This document shows, piece after piece, positions 48,138 to 62,304 of a DNA stretch of 64,000 nt (positions within the stretch are counted from its first letter, which is position 1; every line of letters begins with the position of its first letter). The notes below the pieces were generated by a model. That model did not search any database and was not told where the DNA came from. It saw only the letters and a list, made by a program, of their open reading frames with translations. The stretch comes from Somniosus microcephalus (Eukaryota), in the NCBI GenBank assembly GCA_052327205.1, contig CM126220.1, positions 50,716,001-50,780,000 on the forward strand. Direction: 5' to 3'. A program made the translations under genes and the position numbers.

Positions 48138-49600
48138 GGAAAAACCAAATCAACTAGCTACACATAAGGAAAAGGTAGATAAAGGAATGAGCTGTTCACT
48201 TGGACAAAAAAACACAAGGAAACATGAGCAATGTTAATACAAACAAAAAATGCATGTACTGCAATGCTCTAACAGATGAAGATGCAGATTTAATAGCACT
48301 AAAACTTGGCTGCAAACTGGACAGGAGTGGAAAATATTTTGGATTATATTATTTTAAGGACGACAGAATAGGAAAGAAGGATTTGCAGTATTGGTAAAGG
48401 AAGGAATATATGCTGTAGAGGACTGTTGTAAATAAGAGGTTCAGAGTCAGTTTGATTATAAAGATTTTTTTTAAAAGGCTATACTACATGTGGGAGAAAT
48501 GAAGAGGAAATTTGTTGACAGGTCAGAGATGAGGGACTGGGAGTCATGATCCCATACTCCCCGGTCTCGGTCTGTGCCAAGGTATTTTAAACATGAGGGG
48601 TACCCCGCCTCCACACAGGGAGAAGGGAACGGTTCGGGGCTGGTGGAGCAGGCTGGTCGGTAAATCCATTCTGCCTGTGTCAACTCTAATTTCTCTCCAC
48701 GGATGTTGCCTGACCTGCTGAGGTTTTCCAGCATTCTCTGTTGTTATTTAGGAAACAATTATTGTTCTAGGAGATTTTAATTACCCACTCATTCATTGAG
48801 ACAGGGGGGTAGTGAACAGAGAAAAAGGAATGGAATTCCTAAAATATGTGCATGACTCCTCCATCAAGTCTGATGCTGATAAGGGGAGAGTTATCGCCAG
48901 ATTTAGTTATTCGGAACAAAATAGGTCAGGTAGATCAGCTAAATGTAGGTGAACACTTCAGGAGTGACCCTAGTACGATATGGTCCAAATACAAAAAGGA
49001 AAAAGTTGGCACAAAGGCAACAGATTGGAATACGGCAGATTTTAGAATGAAGAGGCATGAGCTAGCGGAGGTGAGGGGGAAAAGAGAAATTGGCACACAG
49101 GACTCTAGGTACAACATCGGATATTTTTTTTTTTAAGGGGAAGAGTGAAAAGATGCAGAATTAATGTGCCATTAAAAAAGGAGACTACTTCAAGTTTTAG
49201 GATGCTGTGGATAAATGAAGAACTGGAATGGAAGAAGAGGGCTGCAGCTATGCTAAAATGAAAGACTACTAGAAAACAAGGAAAGAAATCAAGAAAGAGA
49301 TAATGAAAGCCAAGAGGGAGTCTGAGGAGAGAATCTCAAAAAATATTAAAAAGCAAATTGTTGATTGAGGTGGAACCCCTGAGAGAATAGAATAGCAATT
49401 TAGTATAGGACAAATGGATATTTACATGGATACGTTATCAAGTACTTTACTTCAGCGTTTACTAAAAGGCTATTCGGGAGAAAGTAAGTCCTGAATTGGT
49501 TAAAAGCGAGATGAAAGATCTAATAAATAAAAAAGTATTAGAGAAGTTATAGAGTTAAGCTAAAGGAGGACAAAGCCCCAAAGCATAACTGGATACAATC
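48138..49600 (+). mobile_element. Old CR1 APE/linker remnant with an insertion (about 48530-48750) ending in a Penelope-like tail
   Basis: IVLGDFNYP, VGEHFRSD; boundaries approximate. Confidence 0.6.
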
Positions 49601-50149
49601 ACTGAGGTCTTCCTTTGTACAAGGAACCAGTCTTTACAATCATTCGCAATCAAATTGGGAAAAAAATAGGTTTCAATTTTCATATTTGAATTCTTATTTT
49701 TGGAATAGCCCAGAGTCAAATTTAGAATTACTGATTTTATTTGAAAAGAAATGCAACCAATTTAAACATTAATTAGTACATAGAATTTGGAATGTTATTA
49801 TAATTCAAAACCTTCGATCTAAAAAACTGCAATACGTGAAGGAGAATTAACACAACCAAGGAACTAATCTAAGGCTAATTAGATGAACAAAACAATTTCC
49901 TTCTTAGCCAAATATCTGAATAGAACCACACCACCAAGTTTAAGAGCTACCAAACCTACTGAGGTAGGTACACAGGTAGTTTATGTTTGCCTAATATACA
50001 GTGCCCATTCTGTCCCTATAAAAAGGACAGAATCCACTTACCCAAATCCAAACAGCTTAAATGAAGTTTGGCAGCATCAACACAAAGTGTGCAGTGGTAC
50101 TGCTGGTACTTAACCAGCTAAAACTGTACAGCATACCAGTGAGCTTTCC

Positions 50150-50540
50150 ACTGCGGGTTCAGCCAGGACCACCCTACCCTACATGGCACTGTTGATTGGC
50201 TTCCTGCTGCACCTGAAAATCTGGTCTTCGTTTGAAGAGAGCCTGAGCAAGAGCAATTACAGGGAGCTCGCGTACAAGGCTGTGATTTGGGGATGGAGCT
50301 AATGTTCCCTTTTGTTTTTTTGGATGTGCGGTCCTTTTAACAGGCTGCGGGGCCCATTCAAATTTCCGCGCATGCACGGTTTTTCCATTCAAAAGCCAGT
50401 AACTGGCCTGCGCGAGACCTCCAGAGCGCTGCGCGGTTGCGCAGCTTAACAGGAACATTGGACAGAGTCATTATTATGGACGTAGATGTGGTCAAGTGGA
50501 GGGATTGACAGACGATTGTAAAAGACGGGAGATTTGGCCC
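50150..50540. mobile_element. GC-rich DNA-transposon-like fragment ending in GATTTGGCCC
   Basis: Terminus and composition resemble the Harbinger-like elements. Confidence 0.4.
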
Positions 50541-50728
50541 TATTATACTTAGGCACACAACTCACTAATGCTGTAAATTCTGCAATCTTTTAATCACCTA
50601 TTTGATTTGCAACCCAATTGCATGTGTATCTGGGTGAAATATGCAGGAAATTCCAGGCCTACTAGTGGAATTGTGAGCACAACTAACATTCTACCATTCT
50701 GTGGCACATCATATTCATTTAAACTTAC

Positions 50729-50888
50729 TTTAGTTGTGGTTTGTTCAAATTGCATTCTTTCCAGACTTTCTGAACCATCTGATTGGTTACTTTCTGAGGA
50801 ATTTTACCAGAATGTTTTGGGCTCGACGCATTTACAGCTCCTTCTTGTCCACTCACATGACTGATGACAGTCTGTGCAATCCCATCAC
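50729..50888 (-). CDS. MED13L: MED13L exon 8 (160 nt), ...SPKHSGKIPQKVTNQMVQKVWKEC...
   Basis: aaagcag|GTG ... TAAA|gtaagt; phase 1 to 2. Confidence 0.92.
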
Positions 50889-53800
50889 CTGCTTTACAAA
50901 AAAAAACATGAAAGTACAGTGGCAACAACCAATAAACAACAATCTTTGAGATGGACTTCAGATAGTCTTTAATATAGTTATCTTATAGCTGCTTAAACTC
51001 AAAACATGTCATAGCCAGCCAGGAGATGATAACTATTTCCCTAAGCTGGAATAAACAGATAAATCTATATTTAAAAAAAATCACAAGTGAAACTTGTCAA
51101 CCTGCTCTTATTGCTGATAAAGTACATTTTACTTTTAATATTCAGAGCAGATTTTCCATCAAGAAGAATTTTGCTAAGCTTCTTAAACCTAAGAACATGG
51201 TTGAAGCTTCATTGATGGAAGGAGCATTTTCATTTCTCCTGAGGTACCATCACAAATATTAGAAATTTGAACCCAGTCCGACTTGCTAATGGCACTAGTA
51301 ATAATAACATGGTTATGGAGATAGATTCACTATAGGTGAAAGGCTTTTGCTATCTGGGTAAACAAATTGCGATAAGAATTTTACATGTTCAACATTTGCA
51401 TATCCCCATGAAAACATAAAACAGTCACTAACCATGGCAGTAAAAAAGCAAAAAATATTAAACTACCCATAAAAAAATGTTTGCAAATTTTGTAGTGTGG
51501 CACAGATCAGACTGGAATGTGAATTTTCTGGGCAGTCAATGTAGTAGCTAGAAAAGGGTTTCAGAGCAGTACATTCCTGGCTTTTCCAGAAATTATGCCT
51601 GTCCAAAAAGTCAATGATGCACCTTTAAAGCAAGACTCCCAAGGGCAGTCACCTGTAGCTTTTCTTTATTAGACCACTCAGTACTTCACCCATTTTGTGA
51701 AGGTGGAATGTACTTTTGTTTCTTAGTGTTGTTATGCTCTTCTGAAGTCGAGGGGCAATTATTTACTGATAACTAAACATAAATCTGCTATTCCATTATA
51801 TTCTGAGTCTATGATTAACTTCATATCTAGATCTTCAGGAAAAAAAATTAGTCTATCGCCAGAAACACCACTGGAAAATAATCAGGAGAGTACGGTGCAA
51901 TGCCTAATTTCTGCCACTAGAGGCCACACTAGCTTACTAACATTTAAAAATCATTCTGCGCACTATTAGGTGTTGAGTGAACTGACAAATTCTGCTCAAA
52001 AATCCAGATATTCTGAAACTATAAAATCTTGAACCAGTAATTCTACACAGCAAAACGAGAAGCAATGTTGGTTCAGTGACCGTTTCATACTCTGATCATG
52101 CTTGCACCGATGTACATTAATCTGTATTACAATATATCACGTTTTTTTAAAAATCATTTAACTGCTATTTGATAGAGCACTCTAATGTCAGTTACAAAGT
52201 GCAGTTACACTGAAGTTTATGGTGGGTAAGTTTGTTTAAAATAATGAGTAGTCCATGTGAATAAGGAATTTTAAAATAACTAGACCATGCAATAGACTGG
52301 AGTTTATATTCAGAGGTTTAAAAAAAAAGGAACATCTGCCGCTTTTTGACAAGATTATCGGCCGTGTGTAAATAGCTTTCCGGCATGAAATAGCAGCAAG
52401 AATTTTAGGTATTTGCTGAAGTTTTTTTATTTTACTTGTAATAATCCATTACTGCAATTGTACAGAAGGTTTTTTGAAAAAAAGGTCGTGCTTCTACATA
52501 AACAACCCTTGCAAAGAAGTTCAAGTGTTTCATCAGGTCGCCTGCCTGCCTTTCATTACTTCACAGAATAAATTACACAGAGGAGGGTAATTTTCCAGGA
52601 ACAAGTGGTACACTGCAGAGCTTTAGTCACTTGATTTTTTCCTGGATAATGTGCAAGAGCCTTCTGTTAAACAAGTCAACATTTAGAACATTGCAGTGTC
52701 CTTGAGGGCTTTTCTTGCACTGTTAAGTTTTAGTTATTTGAGGTTTTACACCAATGTTCAAGTAGGTAAATGAATGAAGTGAATCATGAAAGCACGACTA
52801 AATGATTGTCAAATTATTCTTGAGTGGGTATTTCTCACAGACAGCCCTACAAGAGGAACTGGGCCTACATTCAATTAACTAAAATAACCTTGCATACTAG
52901 GTTTTGAAGCAAGATCACAATAATGCCAAGAGACTTCACAATCTCAGCTGTTTAAGGGTCCTCCCTGAAAGGAGTTTGATCAGTCTCAATCTAGTTCCTC
53001 GTGGCCATGGTTCCACACCAGAAAAAAAATCATGAATCTAACCACTTGGTCAGAGGAGTTATATGAAAGTCCGAAGTGGTAAATGGAAAAATACCCATTG
53101 GTAGAATTAAACAGCATTCATTCAGATTGCAGAAGCAGAGCAGAGGTAGCTTGAGTCTACATTTGGTGATACTATACCTAATGCAAGTGTGCTCGATACG
53201 GACAAATGATTCCCCAGTACAGACATCCCTAACACGGAGAATAAAAGTTCTTTTTTTTAAATTCAACACTATGTACCCAGAGATCAAGGATCTGCTTTTA
53301 TAAGTTACCTGACTTATGATCTCAAATTTTCATATACGACCTTCATTGGACAGAAACCTACAAAAGGAAGCCACCGGGCAACACTCCCAAAGGTGATAAC
53401 ATCACCATTCCATAGATTGAATCTTATGAACACACCAAAATAGTTTTAAATATCCTCTTATTTCAGAAAAAAAAGGGGAACCCACAATTCATCTTTCCAT
53501 TCTGCACAGCATTTATTTCTGACACATTACAAAATTAAGTTGATTAATTGGACCAGTTTCGCCATGATACAATTACTACATTCACAGAAACATGATCCGA
53601 TTTGTAAGTCTAAGATCAAACAGTATAACTAAATACCATTATTCCCATTAGTATATACCAAGAATGTACTTGAAGTTAAGAATGCAAGAAAAGGAAAGTC
53701 AAATGTAATCAACCTATCTTACACAATAAGAAGTAGAACAAGCCGAGAATAAAAATAACTTGCGCTATTGCCAAATAGCATCATTAGGGGGAGCTAAAAG

Positions 53801-55584
53801 TTCACAAGTAAATTGAATAAACACTTTTGCAGAGTGTCAGCCAAAATCTGATTACGGTCTATACAGGTCACTGCTGTTTGTGGTACTTCTTGTTCCACTA
53901 TAAACATTTGATCACAAGTTAAAAAAATAAATGAATCGAATACACCCAAAATATTCCATTTTAAAAATAAGCTAATTAAAGCTGCATACCCAATAGAGTA
54001 TGTTTTTCTGAAGCTTTAGAACAAGCAGTTTAATTTATTTTGTAAGTCATGGCTACAGGTAAAACAAACTGTATAAAATAGACTTAGTTACACTAAGAGT
54101 GGAAGTTAAAATATTGCAACAGTAAACTTAAGCATTATATATTTACGTAGAGAATTCAATTATCAGCTCCTGGGATCTTTTCTACAGTGCCAGTGACAAT
54201 TCCCAATGATCTCCTTTTACTGCAAGGCCATATTTGGCACTACAAGAATAGTCGTCATGTGGCATAGCAAATATTCCACATCAATGTCCAAAAATATCTG
54301 TTGTTTAGTAGAAGATAGCATTCTAAAAGCAGTTTTTCAATAAAATTGCATAACGCAAAGATTAAAATTCCATGTCAATTTTGTTGATGGATAGGTTTGA
54401 ACATTTTTCAACTCAAACAAGTTACCATCCTCAAATTACAGAATGGTTCAAATTCCTATTGGACTGAAATTTGAGTGCCACCGCTTTCTTTTTTACATTT
54501 ACTCAAATTGTTAATTTTTCAGTACTACAAACATAAAATGTGTAGTTTCTACCACACAATGTCTTCAAAGCAGTTTGCATCTTGAATGCTGGGTGCTGCA
54601 AACCAAAACTAAATATATACATGATACTGTAGCACAATTTCATGTATACAAGTCTCAGATTAAAATATAGCTCGATGCATTTCACATCTTGCAACATAAA
54701 TGTTGCCACTTTTTTGACAAAGTGTCACAACATTCTGCAGTTTGTAATTGTGTGGTAAATGCAATTGCATAAAAAAATGGTTCGGTATGTTTTCATATCC
54801 CAAAAACAATAGCCAAATCACTGAGGAGAAAACAAATCAAGAAATAAAATAAACCAGCAATGGCGCTCCCTTTTCCAAGTCAAGATAGAAGAGCTTTGAG
54901 CATGGAGATCAAGTAAATCAGTATTCAGATCTGGTGACTGGCCTAAAGATTTGCAGTAATTTAATGCACTTGGCTAAAAAGTATTCCCAGTTTGCAAGCA
55001 AGTTGCTCAGATGAATAAATGCGGTGATAGAAATTAATGGGCATTTACTTGTACATAAAACATTTTATAGATGTCAACTCTTTATACGAATGCCTTGTAA
55101 GCCAGCACATTCCTTTAGTAAATCTATTTTTAAGTAAAGCTCCAATATCAGCCTGTTTTAAAGACAATTCTGTCTTCAATTTGTTAAGACTTCAAAATGC
55201 CATAAAAATTAGTTTATAGGAAAATAAGTTCCATCTCATCTAACTACCAAGACAGTATATGCAAGGAAACAAAGAAAGTGAAGGAGAAAAGTACAGAACA
55301 ACTTTTACAGAAATTAATGCATCAGAAACATCACGGTATTTGACTGGAGAGAGAATCTATTCAACAGTAAAATGCCTATTATAGTGCTTAAAATTCATTT
55401 GAAGGCAACAGGAATGGAGGGAGAATTTTTGAGCTGCATTAAAAACAAGGGCAAATGGTAACTTGGTTTCTCATTGGGTAGATTTAGTATAATACTGATG
55501 TGTAGAAGATTCCCAAGTTCAATCTCTGTTTTGGGCTGGGTTTGTAGATCGCAGCCAGGACAGCAGTAGGGACATGACAATTAT

Positions 55585-55848
55585 GTTTAAATCCCTTCAC
55601 GGTGTTGACCTCCCCTATCTCTGCTACCTCCTCCAGGCCTAAAGCCCCCTCAGAATTCTGTATTTCCCCTCCCTCCATCAGTGACGGCAGTGCTTTCAGC
55701 CATCTTGGACCCCACTGCCTCCCTCTCCTCCTTTAAAACCCAACCCTTTGACTGAGGTTTTGATCACCTCTTCGCTTTGGCGTCTATTTGGTCATATGTG
55801 AAGCACCGTGGGACATTAAAGTCGTTATATAAATGTTTGTTCTTGTTG
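55585..55848 (+). mobile_element. L2 3' end
   Basis: Similar to 17280-17390 plus 19500-19745; TATATAAATG...TTGTTG tail. Confidence 0.7.
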
Positions 55849-56094
55849 TCTCATAATGCTGAATTAGGATGAGGGGAGATATTCCTACTCCGAATCACTA
55901 TTTAGTAACCTCTGCTGGAAACTGCTCAATTGTGTATGCCCAGTGATGATGGGATTAATAACTTGCCAACAATGTCTACACTTGTATAAATTGTCACTTG
56001 AACACAGTACCAGAAGTGCTGGCAGAATATTGGGGGAATAAAGCTTAAATAAATAGGACAACTCTTCAATTGATTTCCAGATGCTTTAATAGTT

Positions 56095-58730
56095 AATGAT
56101 AGTCCACGTCATAAACATCGCCGCCCTGAGCGAGAGACAGCGAGCAGGAGAAGGCCAGCTCAAGGAACAAGGTGGCAGAAACACCTTCTTCTGGAAAGGC
56201 AAACCAGAAGAGGAATGCTGTCCCCATGGGGTTGGCTTCCCCATCAAAAATGAACTAGTTTGGTGTCTTGTGGGATAAACGAACGCCTCACGACCCTTCA
56301 GGTCGCTCTAACCCAGAATCAGTACGCTATGGTTGTCAGTGTACACGCCCCAACTCTGGAAGCTATGGACGAGGCCAAAGAGGAATTCTACTCCAGTCTT
56401 GAGCAATCCCTGTCCCGAGTTCCAACGGGTGACAAGCTGATACTCCTTGACTATTTTAATGCCAGAGTTGGAAAGGACACAAACCTCTGGAGAGGTGGGA
56501 TTGGCAGGGAAGGAGTCGGGAAAACCAACTCCAATGGAATCCTTCTGACAAAATACTTCGAACATGGTCTTGTCATAACCAACACCTTGTTTCGTCAGAG
56601 AGATAAGTACAAGGCCTCATGGCAACACCCTCGCTCCAGGCATTGGCATCTGTTGAACTATGTCATCATCCAAGCAAGGGGCCGCACCGTAGTCCACATC
56701 ACCCGCGTCATGACAGGAGCCGACGACTGCTGGACTGACCACCACCAAATCCGTTCCGTTATCTCCATCAACCTAGTCTCAAAATGTCAGCGGCAACAGA
56801 AATGCTGCCGCAGAAAAATCAACGCCGAAGGACTCAAAGACCCTGCAAAGAAAGCCCTATTCAGTCAACGCCTCACAGCTAACCTGACGACTCCCAATGA
56901 ATCAGAGCCGCAGTGTCTATAGTGCCTGGTCTGCCCTTAAGTCCACCATAATTGGCACCTGCAACAAGACTCTTGTTTTCTGGTAGAGTAACCATCAAGA
57001 CTGGTTTGATGAGAATGGCCAGGAGATCCAGGAACTAATAAATTGTAAACGTAAGGTGTTCTTGAATTGGAATCAGCATCACAACTCGAGGGAAAGACGA
57101 CAGATTTACAAACAAATGAAGGCCGAGGTCCAACAAAAAACTTGACCTAAATAACAGATGGTGGGTGGAAAGAGTGCAGGCGATCCAGCAACTAGCTGGC
57201 AACCATGACGTGCGTGGATTCTTTAGCGCAGTCAAGACCATCTACGGCCCAAGCACCAATCCCGCCGAGTGTCAAGAACGGTGAGGTGCTTTTCAAGAAC
57301 AGAGAGGCAGTCAGTGCCCGCTGGAAGGAGCATTTCAAAGATCTCCTCAACCAAGACGCCGTCTTTGACGGGTGTGTCCATGACTCCATCCCACAGCATG
57401 CGATCCGCCACTATTTCAGCACAATCCCAGCCCGGCATGAGGATGAAAAGGCCATCCGACAGCTGAAAACAACAAGGCTTCCGGAGCAGATGAAATCCCC
57501 GCCGAAGTACTAAAGCATGGCAGAGAAATACTCTTGGCGCAAATCCATGACCTTATCTCCCTTATCTGGAAGGAGGACAGCATGCCTGGGGTTTCAGAGA
57601 CGCCGTAATTGTGACCTTCTTCAAGAAATGAGACTAGTCCGATTGCAGTAATTAGAGGAGATTCCTGTTGTCTGCTACAGGTAAAGTCATTGCAAGAATT
57701 CTCCTCAATTGGCTCCTCCCAGTGGCTGAAGAGCTCCTCCCAGAGTCACAATGTGGATTCCACCTACTAAGAGGCACAATGTATGGAGCAGCATCAACCT
57801 CTGTACATGGCCTTTATTGACCTCACAAAGGCCTTCGACTCTGTCAATCAAGAGGGACAATGGAGTGTCCTTCTAAAATTTGGCTGTCCTCAAAAATTCT
57901 GCTCCATGATGACATGCAAGCCGTGATCCTTACTAACTGATCCATCACACACCCAATACAAGTGAAGTTTGGGGTCAAGCAAGGCTGTGTCATTGCACAC
58001 CGTTCTTCTCAATCTTTCTCGCTGCAATACTTCATCTCACCTCCAACAAGCTTCCCACCGGAGTGGAGCTAATCTTCAAGACAAATGGGAAATTGTTCAA
58101 TCTCCGTCGTCTTCAGTCCAGTACCACGATTGTCTCAACCTCCGTTATTGCAGACGGCGCTTGTGTTTGTGCACACTCGGAGGCCGAACTCCAAACCATC
58201 GTTGACTCCTTTACTGAAGCGTGAGAGAGACTGGGCCTTACATTAAACATCTGAAAGACAAAGGTTCTTTACCAACCTGCTCCCACTGCCCCCCGACTAT
58301 CAAAATCCATGACTAGACTTTGGACAGCGTGGATCACTTTCCATACCTTGGGAGCCTGGTCAGCGAGGGTGGTCATCGATAACCAAATCCAATACCGCCT
58401 TCAGTGTGCCAGTGCAGCCGTCGGCTGCCTGAGGAAGAGAGTATTTGTAGACCAAGACCTCAAACCCGGCACCAAGCTCATGGTCTACAGAGCAGCAGCG
58501 ATACCCACCCTCCTGTATGCTTCAGAGACATGGACAACGTACAGTAGGTACCTCAAAGCACCGAGAAGTATCACTAATGGTGCCTCCGCAAAATCCTGCA
58601 AATCCATTGGCAGGATAGGCGTACCAATGTCAGTGTTTTCGCTCAGGCCAACATCCCCAACATTGAGGCATGGATCACGCTGGAGGACTGCCACCTGCCC
58701 CACAAAAGAGGGCAGTTGATGTTGATAGAC
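56095..58730 (+). mobile_element. Degraded RTE-clade LINE (APE plus RT)
   Basis: ALSE..RAGEGQL, TFFWKG, GVGF.IKN, VSVHAPTL, WQHPRSRHWHL, CWTDH, FIDLTKAFDSV, GVKQGCV, TKLMVYRA...TLLYASETWT. Confidence 0.88.
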
Positions 58731-58979
58731 TCCCATGGGAATACTTCAAAGTTATATTCATTTCAATTCGCCCAATATCAAGTGCTTCTAATTCTTCCAA
58801 AGCATAGAAGTACAAAATGAGGCGGAAGTGTCCAACCTTTTAGAGCAGTGGGTTAGAGCAAAATGCTACAACTATGGAGTGGATAGAAGATAGTAAAATC
58901 AGACAGAATCATAATTAAAAAGAGGACATCTAACTCCCAATCTATTTTCCATTTCATGAAGTTCTGGTCGTGTGCCATT

Positions 58980-59252
58980 TCTCTTCACTTCTCTCTATCA
59001 CCTCCTTTTTCTTCCCGGTCTCTTCCTCCTTACTTCTGTCTGTCTCTCCTGCTCCACCATTCTGTCCGTCTATTTCTCCTGCTCCTTGCTTCTGTCCGTC
59101 TCCCCTCGATTCCACCTCTGCCTCTCCTCCTTTTATTCTATTTCACTCCCTCTCCCCTCATTCACAGCTGTCTCTCTCTTTGCTCGTTTCTCTCGTTTCC
59201 CTGTTTGGTTGTTTCTCTCTGGCTCTTCTCCCTCCTACCTCTTACCTCCCTC
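58980..59252. repeat. Pyrimidine-rich (C/T) low-complexity tract
   Basis: Almost purine-free on + strand; internal duplication of CTCCTGCTCC...TTCTGTCCGTCT. Confidence 0.8.
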
Positions 59253-60741
59253 AAACAGCAATTTGGGATCTCAGAGGGAATGCAGTGACTGGTAAATACT
59301 TTCAAAGCAGCTCTGTTCTGTCCCTCTAATATTTTAGACAGTCTAACTTGGAGGGGTAGAGCAGAGGTCCTGGGAACAGGAGGAGTGTTTCAATATGCAG
59401 GTGATAGTGCAGCAGATAGCTGGGATTTGAAGTAAAAGGAAAGGGTGTTTGAATGGCATAGACAATGGCCAGCAGAATTACTTAATTTTTATGGCTTTAC
59501 ATTGATGACAAAAGACAGACTGATGTAATTACTGCAAGACAACAGAAAATACTTGAGTGTTCTATTCCCAGGAACCCATTGACAGATCAGTTGTTTCTGT
59601 CAGCAGGTTTTTTCCAGAGATGAGTGCTTTTCATTAATTGTACTCAACTGACTTGTCTGTGGCTCTGTGCAGGGTGTGGGAGGAAATCAGATAAACGACA
59701 ATCTTTACTGAGGAAAAAGAAACCGGGGGGTGAAATTGGGAAACGGGCCACATTCAGCCAAGAAGCTTGGCAACCCCAGAATAAGGCACTTGCACTCAAT
59801 GTGTGAAGCATATTCACATATTACACTAGGAATAAAAGCTGGTCTTACCACAGTTCGTCACATAATACGCTTCTACATCAGTCCTACAGTTAACCTAAAC
59901 CAGACTGCTCTATTCTCATATTGCAAGTGATTTTTTTTTAATTTTAGAAAGATAAAATGTTTCAGTTTAAGGCAGCTGTTCTCTCTCGATTGCTGATGCA
60001 TTCAAGCTATCCAAGCTTTGTTCTTACAATATACGAGGTCATCAGAATTCTGAATGAATTACAGTCTTGCAACTTGCTGCCAGATATTTGATATTCTATA
60101 TTTATTACAAAGAGCTTGTGTCTCTCATGCTGCATATAACATTCGGTTTTGTTTAATATACTAAAAATATTTGTATCTGGACTAAGAACCAGTACCATAA
60201 TCATTATTGCAACATTTTATCTATAGCTCGAGCATGCAATTAGGGGTCGGTGTCATATCTCAACAAATCTTGCTAATTTCTACATACATTATTGTTGAGT
60301 GATTTGCTGCCCAAACACCGCAATTTTGAATTAAACGTTCCACCGAGAGTTCAATTGAATCGGAGTGATCAAAATCATTTGCTGCAACAATAATTAGCTT
60401 TATCTTATAGAATTCCATTTACCACTTTAAAAATAAATTGTTGCCGTCCATTTTCACTGCTCTTTACTCCTTCGCTTTTAAGGATGCCAACTCTTACTGA
60501 AGTACAGTTTGATTACTGGCATTAACTCTGGTACTTTGCTCAAGTGCCTATTGTTTCTGCAAGTTTCTGTTAGCCAGCTGTGTGGCTGTGGAAGGGTAGG
60601 TGGGCAACAGTGGAGTCTGATGCTGCCCTCAGCCGATACCCACACATGCAAACCTTCCAGCAGGGGTCAGGAATGTTGAGGCCAATTGCAGCGCACTAAA
60701 TACTAGCATAGTTGAGACAAGGTCAGAAAATAAAATGGGGA

Positions 60742-60786
60742 GACCGTCTGGTCTGTACAGCTTGGACCGTCTGGTCTGTACAGCTT
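60742..60786. repeat. Tandem duplication, 23-bp period (GACCGTCTGGTCTGTACAGCTT x2)
   Basis: Direct observation. Confidence 0.9.
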
Positions 60787-61553
60787 CGTGCTGCACTAGG
60801 TCGGAACTTTACTAAGTAGACCTTTAAGGGAGCCAACATCAAAAAGTCAAACTTTCTTTTTAGTTGGAATAATGTGTCTACCATTAAACTGGTGCAATCC
60901 TGGCTTGTCTAAACTAGATTATTCAATAACTATACCGTCAAACTGAGTGTTGATCATTAACATTTTGCCTATATGGGATTCTGATGGGTTGGTCCACCCA
61001 GACAGCAAGGAGCTCTGAAAAGTGAACCTTTGATGGTCAGAACAGTGTCGTGATAACTATCTGTTCCTTCTCCCAAATCCTAAACACAATTGTTGTTAGA
61101 GAGGAAAGGGGGAAATGCTCACAGGACAGCCACTATGGTGATACAGGTTATAGGCTCATCTATACAAGTTCTGTATATTGCCCGGGATCAGCTGCAACGC
61201 CGAACCTAAGATGCCTCCGGTGTGCGTGTGCATGTGTGTGTGTGTAACAATAATCAGACATTATTGACTCTTCCAAAGTCAAACATCTAATTCAGCATTA
61301 AATTGATCCAAGAAATTCATTTTCAGGATTCATTATGAAGCTGTTTCCCCGATGTGCCTATATCCTGCATCATTGAAGTGGTCCCCTGCTTTGCAAAAGG
61401 ATCCAGAATGGTAGGTTTACACCATGGAAAATAACTCACTGAAAATATTTCCATAAACATTGATGCACCAATTTGTAGATATAGATTTATACTCTTCGTA
61501 CTTTCCTTCCATCTACTGTTCTCCTTTAAGCAATATGACAAACTACCAATTTT

Positions 61554-61600
61554 TGGAGGGTGGAGGGCAGATAAGTTGGAGGATGGAGGGCAGATAAGTT
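61554..61600. repeat. Tandem duplication, 23-bp period, each unit containing AGATAA
   Basis: TGGAGGGCAGATAAGTT occurs twice. Confidence 0.85.
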
Positions 61601-62304
61601 AAGTGTTTATTACTCCAAAATACTTTAAAACAGAATTCCCTGCTCTCAGTAATTCACATATGGGATCTTGAAACCTTGCACCATGTATCCCAAAATTAAT
61701 TTTCATCCCCTCCCCAATATTATAGGTTTATCACTCCGAAGGATAATGAGCTCACCAATGACCTCAGTTTCGATACCCCTGCATACAATTAAAGCTCCCA
61801 TCAGATGCATGTGCATCAATACAACAAAATGAAGTCACTGGGGCAAGGGCCATACTAGCAGCAAATATGGTTCAATTGGAGAAACAAGTTACAGAATGAA
61901 TCTGCTCAGGCATTCAAGAGTGTGTTATGGGCAAGATAACAAGTGCTAGTCCAAAAGTAAAAAAATAGGAAGAAACAATATATGAATGAAATTTTAAAAC
62001 GGCTAAAAAGGCCGTAGGAAAAATAGTAAAAGAAATAAAAGCACAAGTTCAGTAGCATTCTGGGTAGGAATTAAAAAATCAGTATTGGTCACTACAGTAG
62101 ACCAGTGAACTTGAAATCAAGACTAATTATTTTCTAGGTGGCCAGATGCTGGACCTCAAAAAAAAAATCTTCCTAATATGTGTCGACTTGTACAATCGTT
62201 AACGTTGGATTTTATTTAACAATAACTTTATTACAAAGTACAGATAGATATAAAAGCTAGATAGATATAATTGAACCTGCAACAACCACTTGTGGGAAAC
62301 ATAC

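Noticed and set aside
50137-50212. Second exon-like segment (ttttcag|GTG...CTG|gtatgc) with a stop
   Set aside because: It lies in a GC-rich transposon-like fragment and has almost no pyrimidine tract.
2166-58730. Antisense orientation bias of retroelements
   Set aside because: About 12 antisense versus 8 sense by rough count; too few to be meaningful.
58956-59329. Three overlapping Leu/Ser/Pro/Phe-rich ORFs
   Set aside because: Artefact of a stop-poor C/T low-complexity tract.
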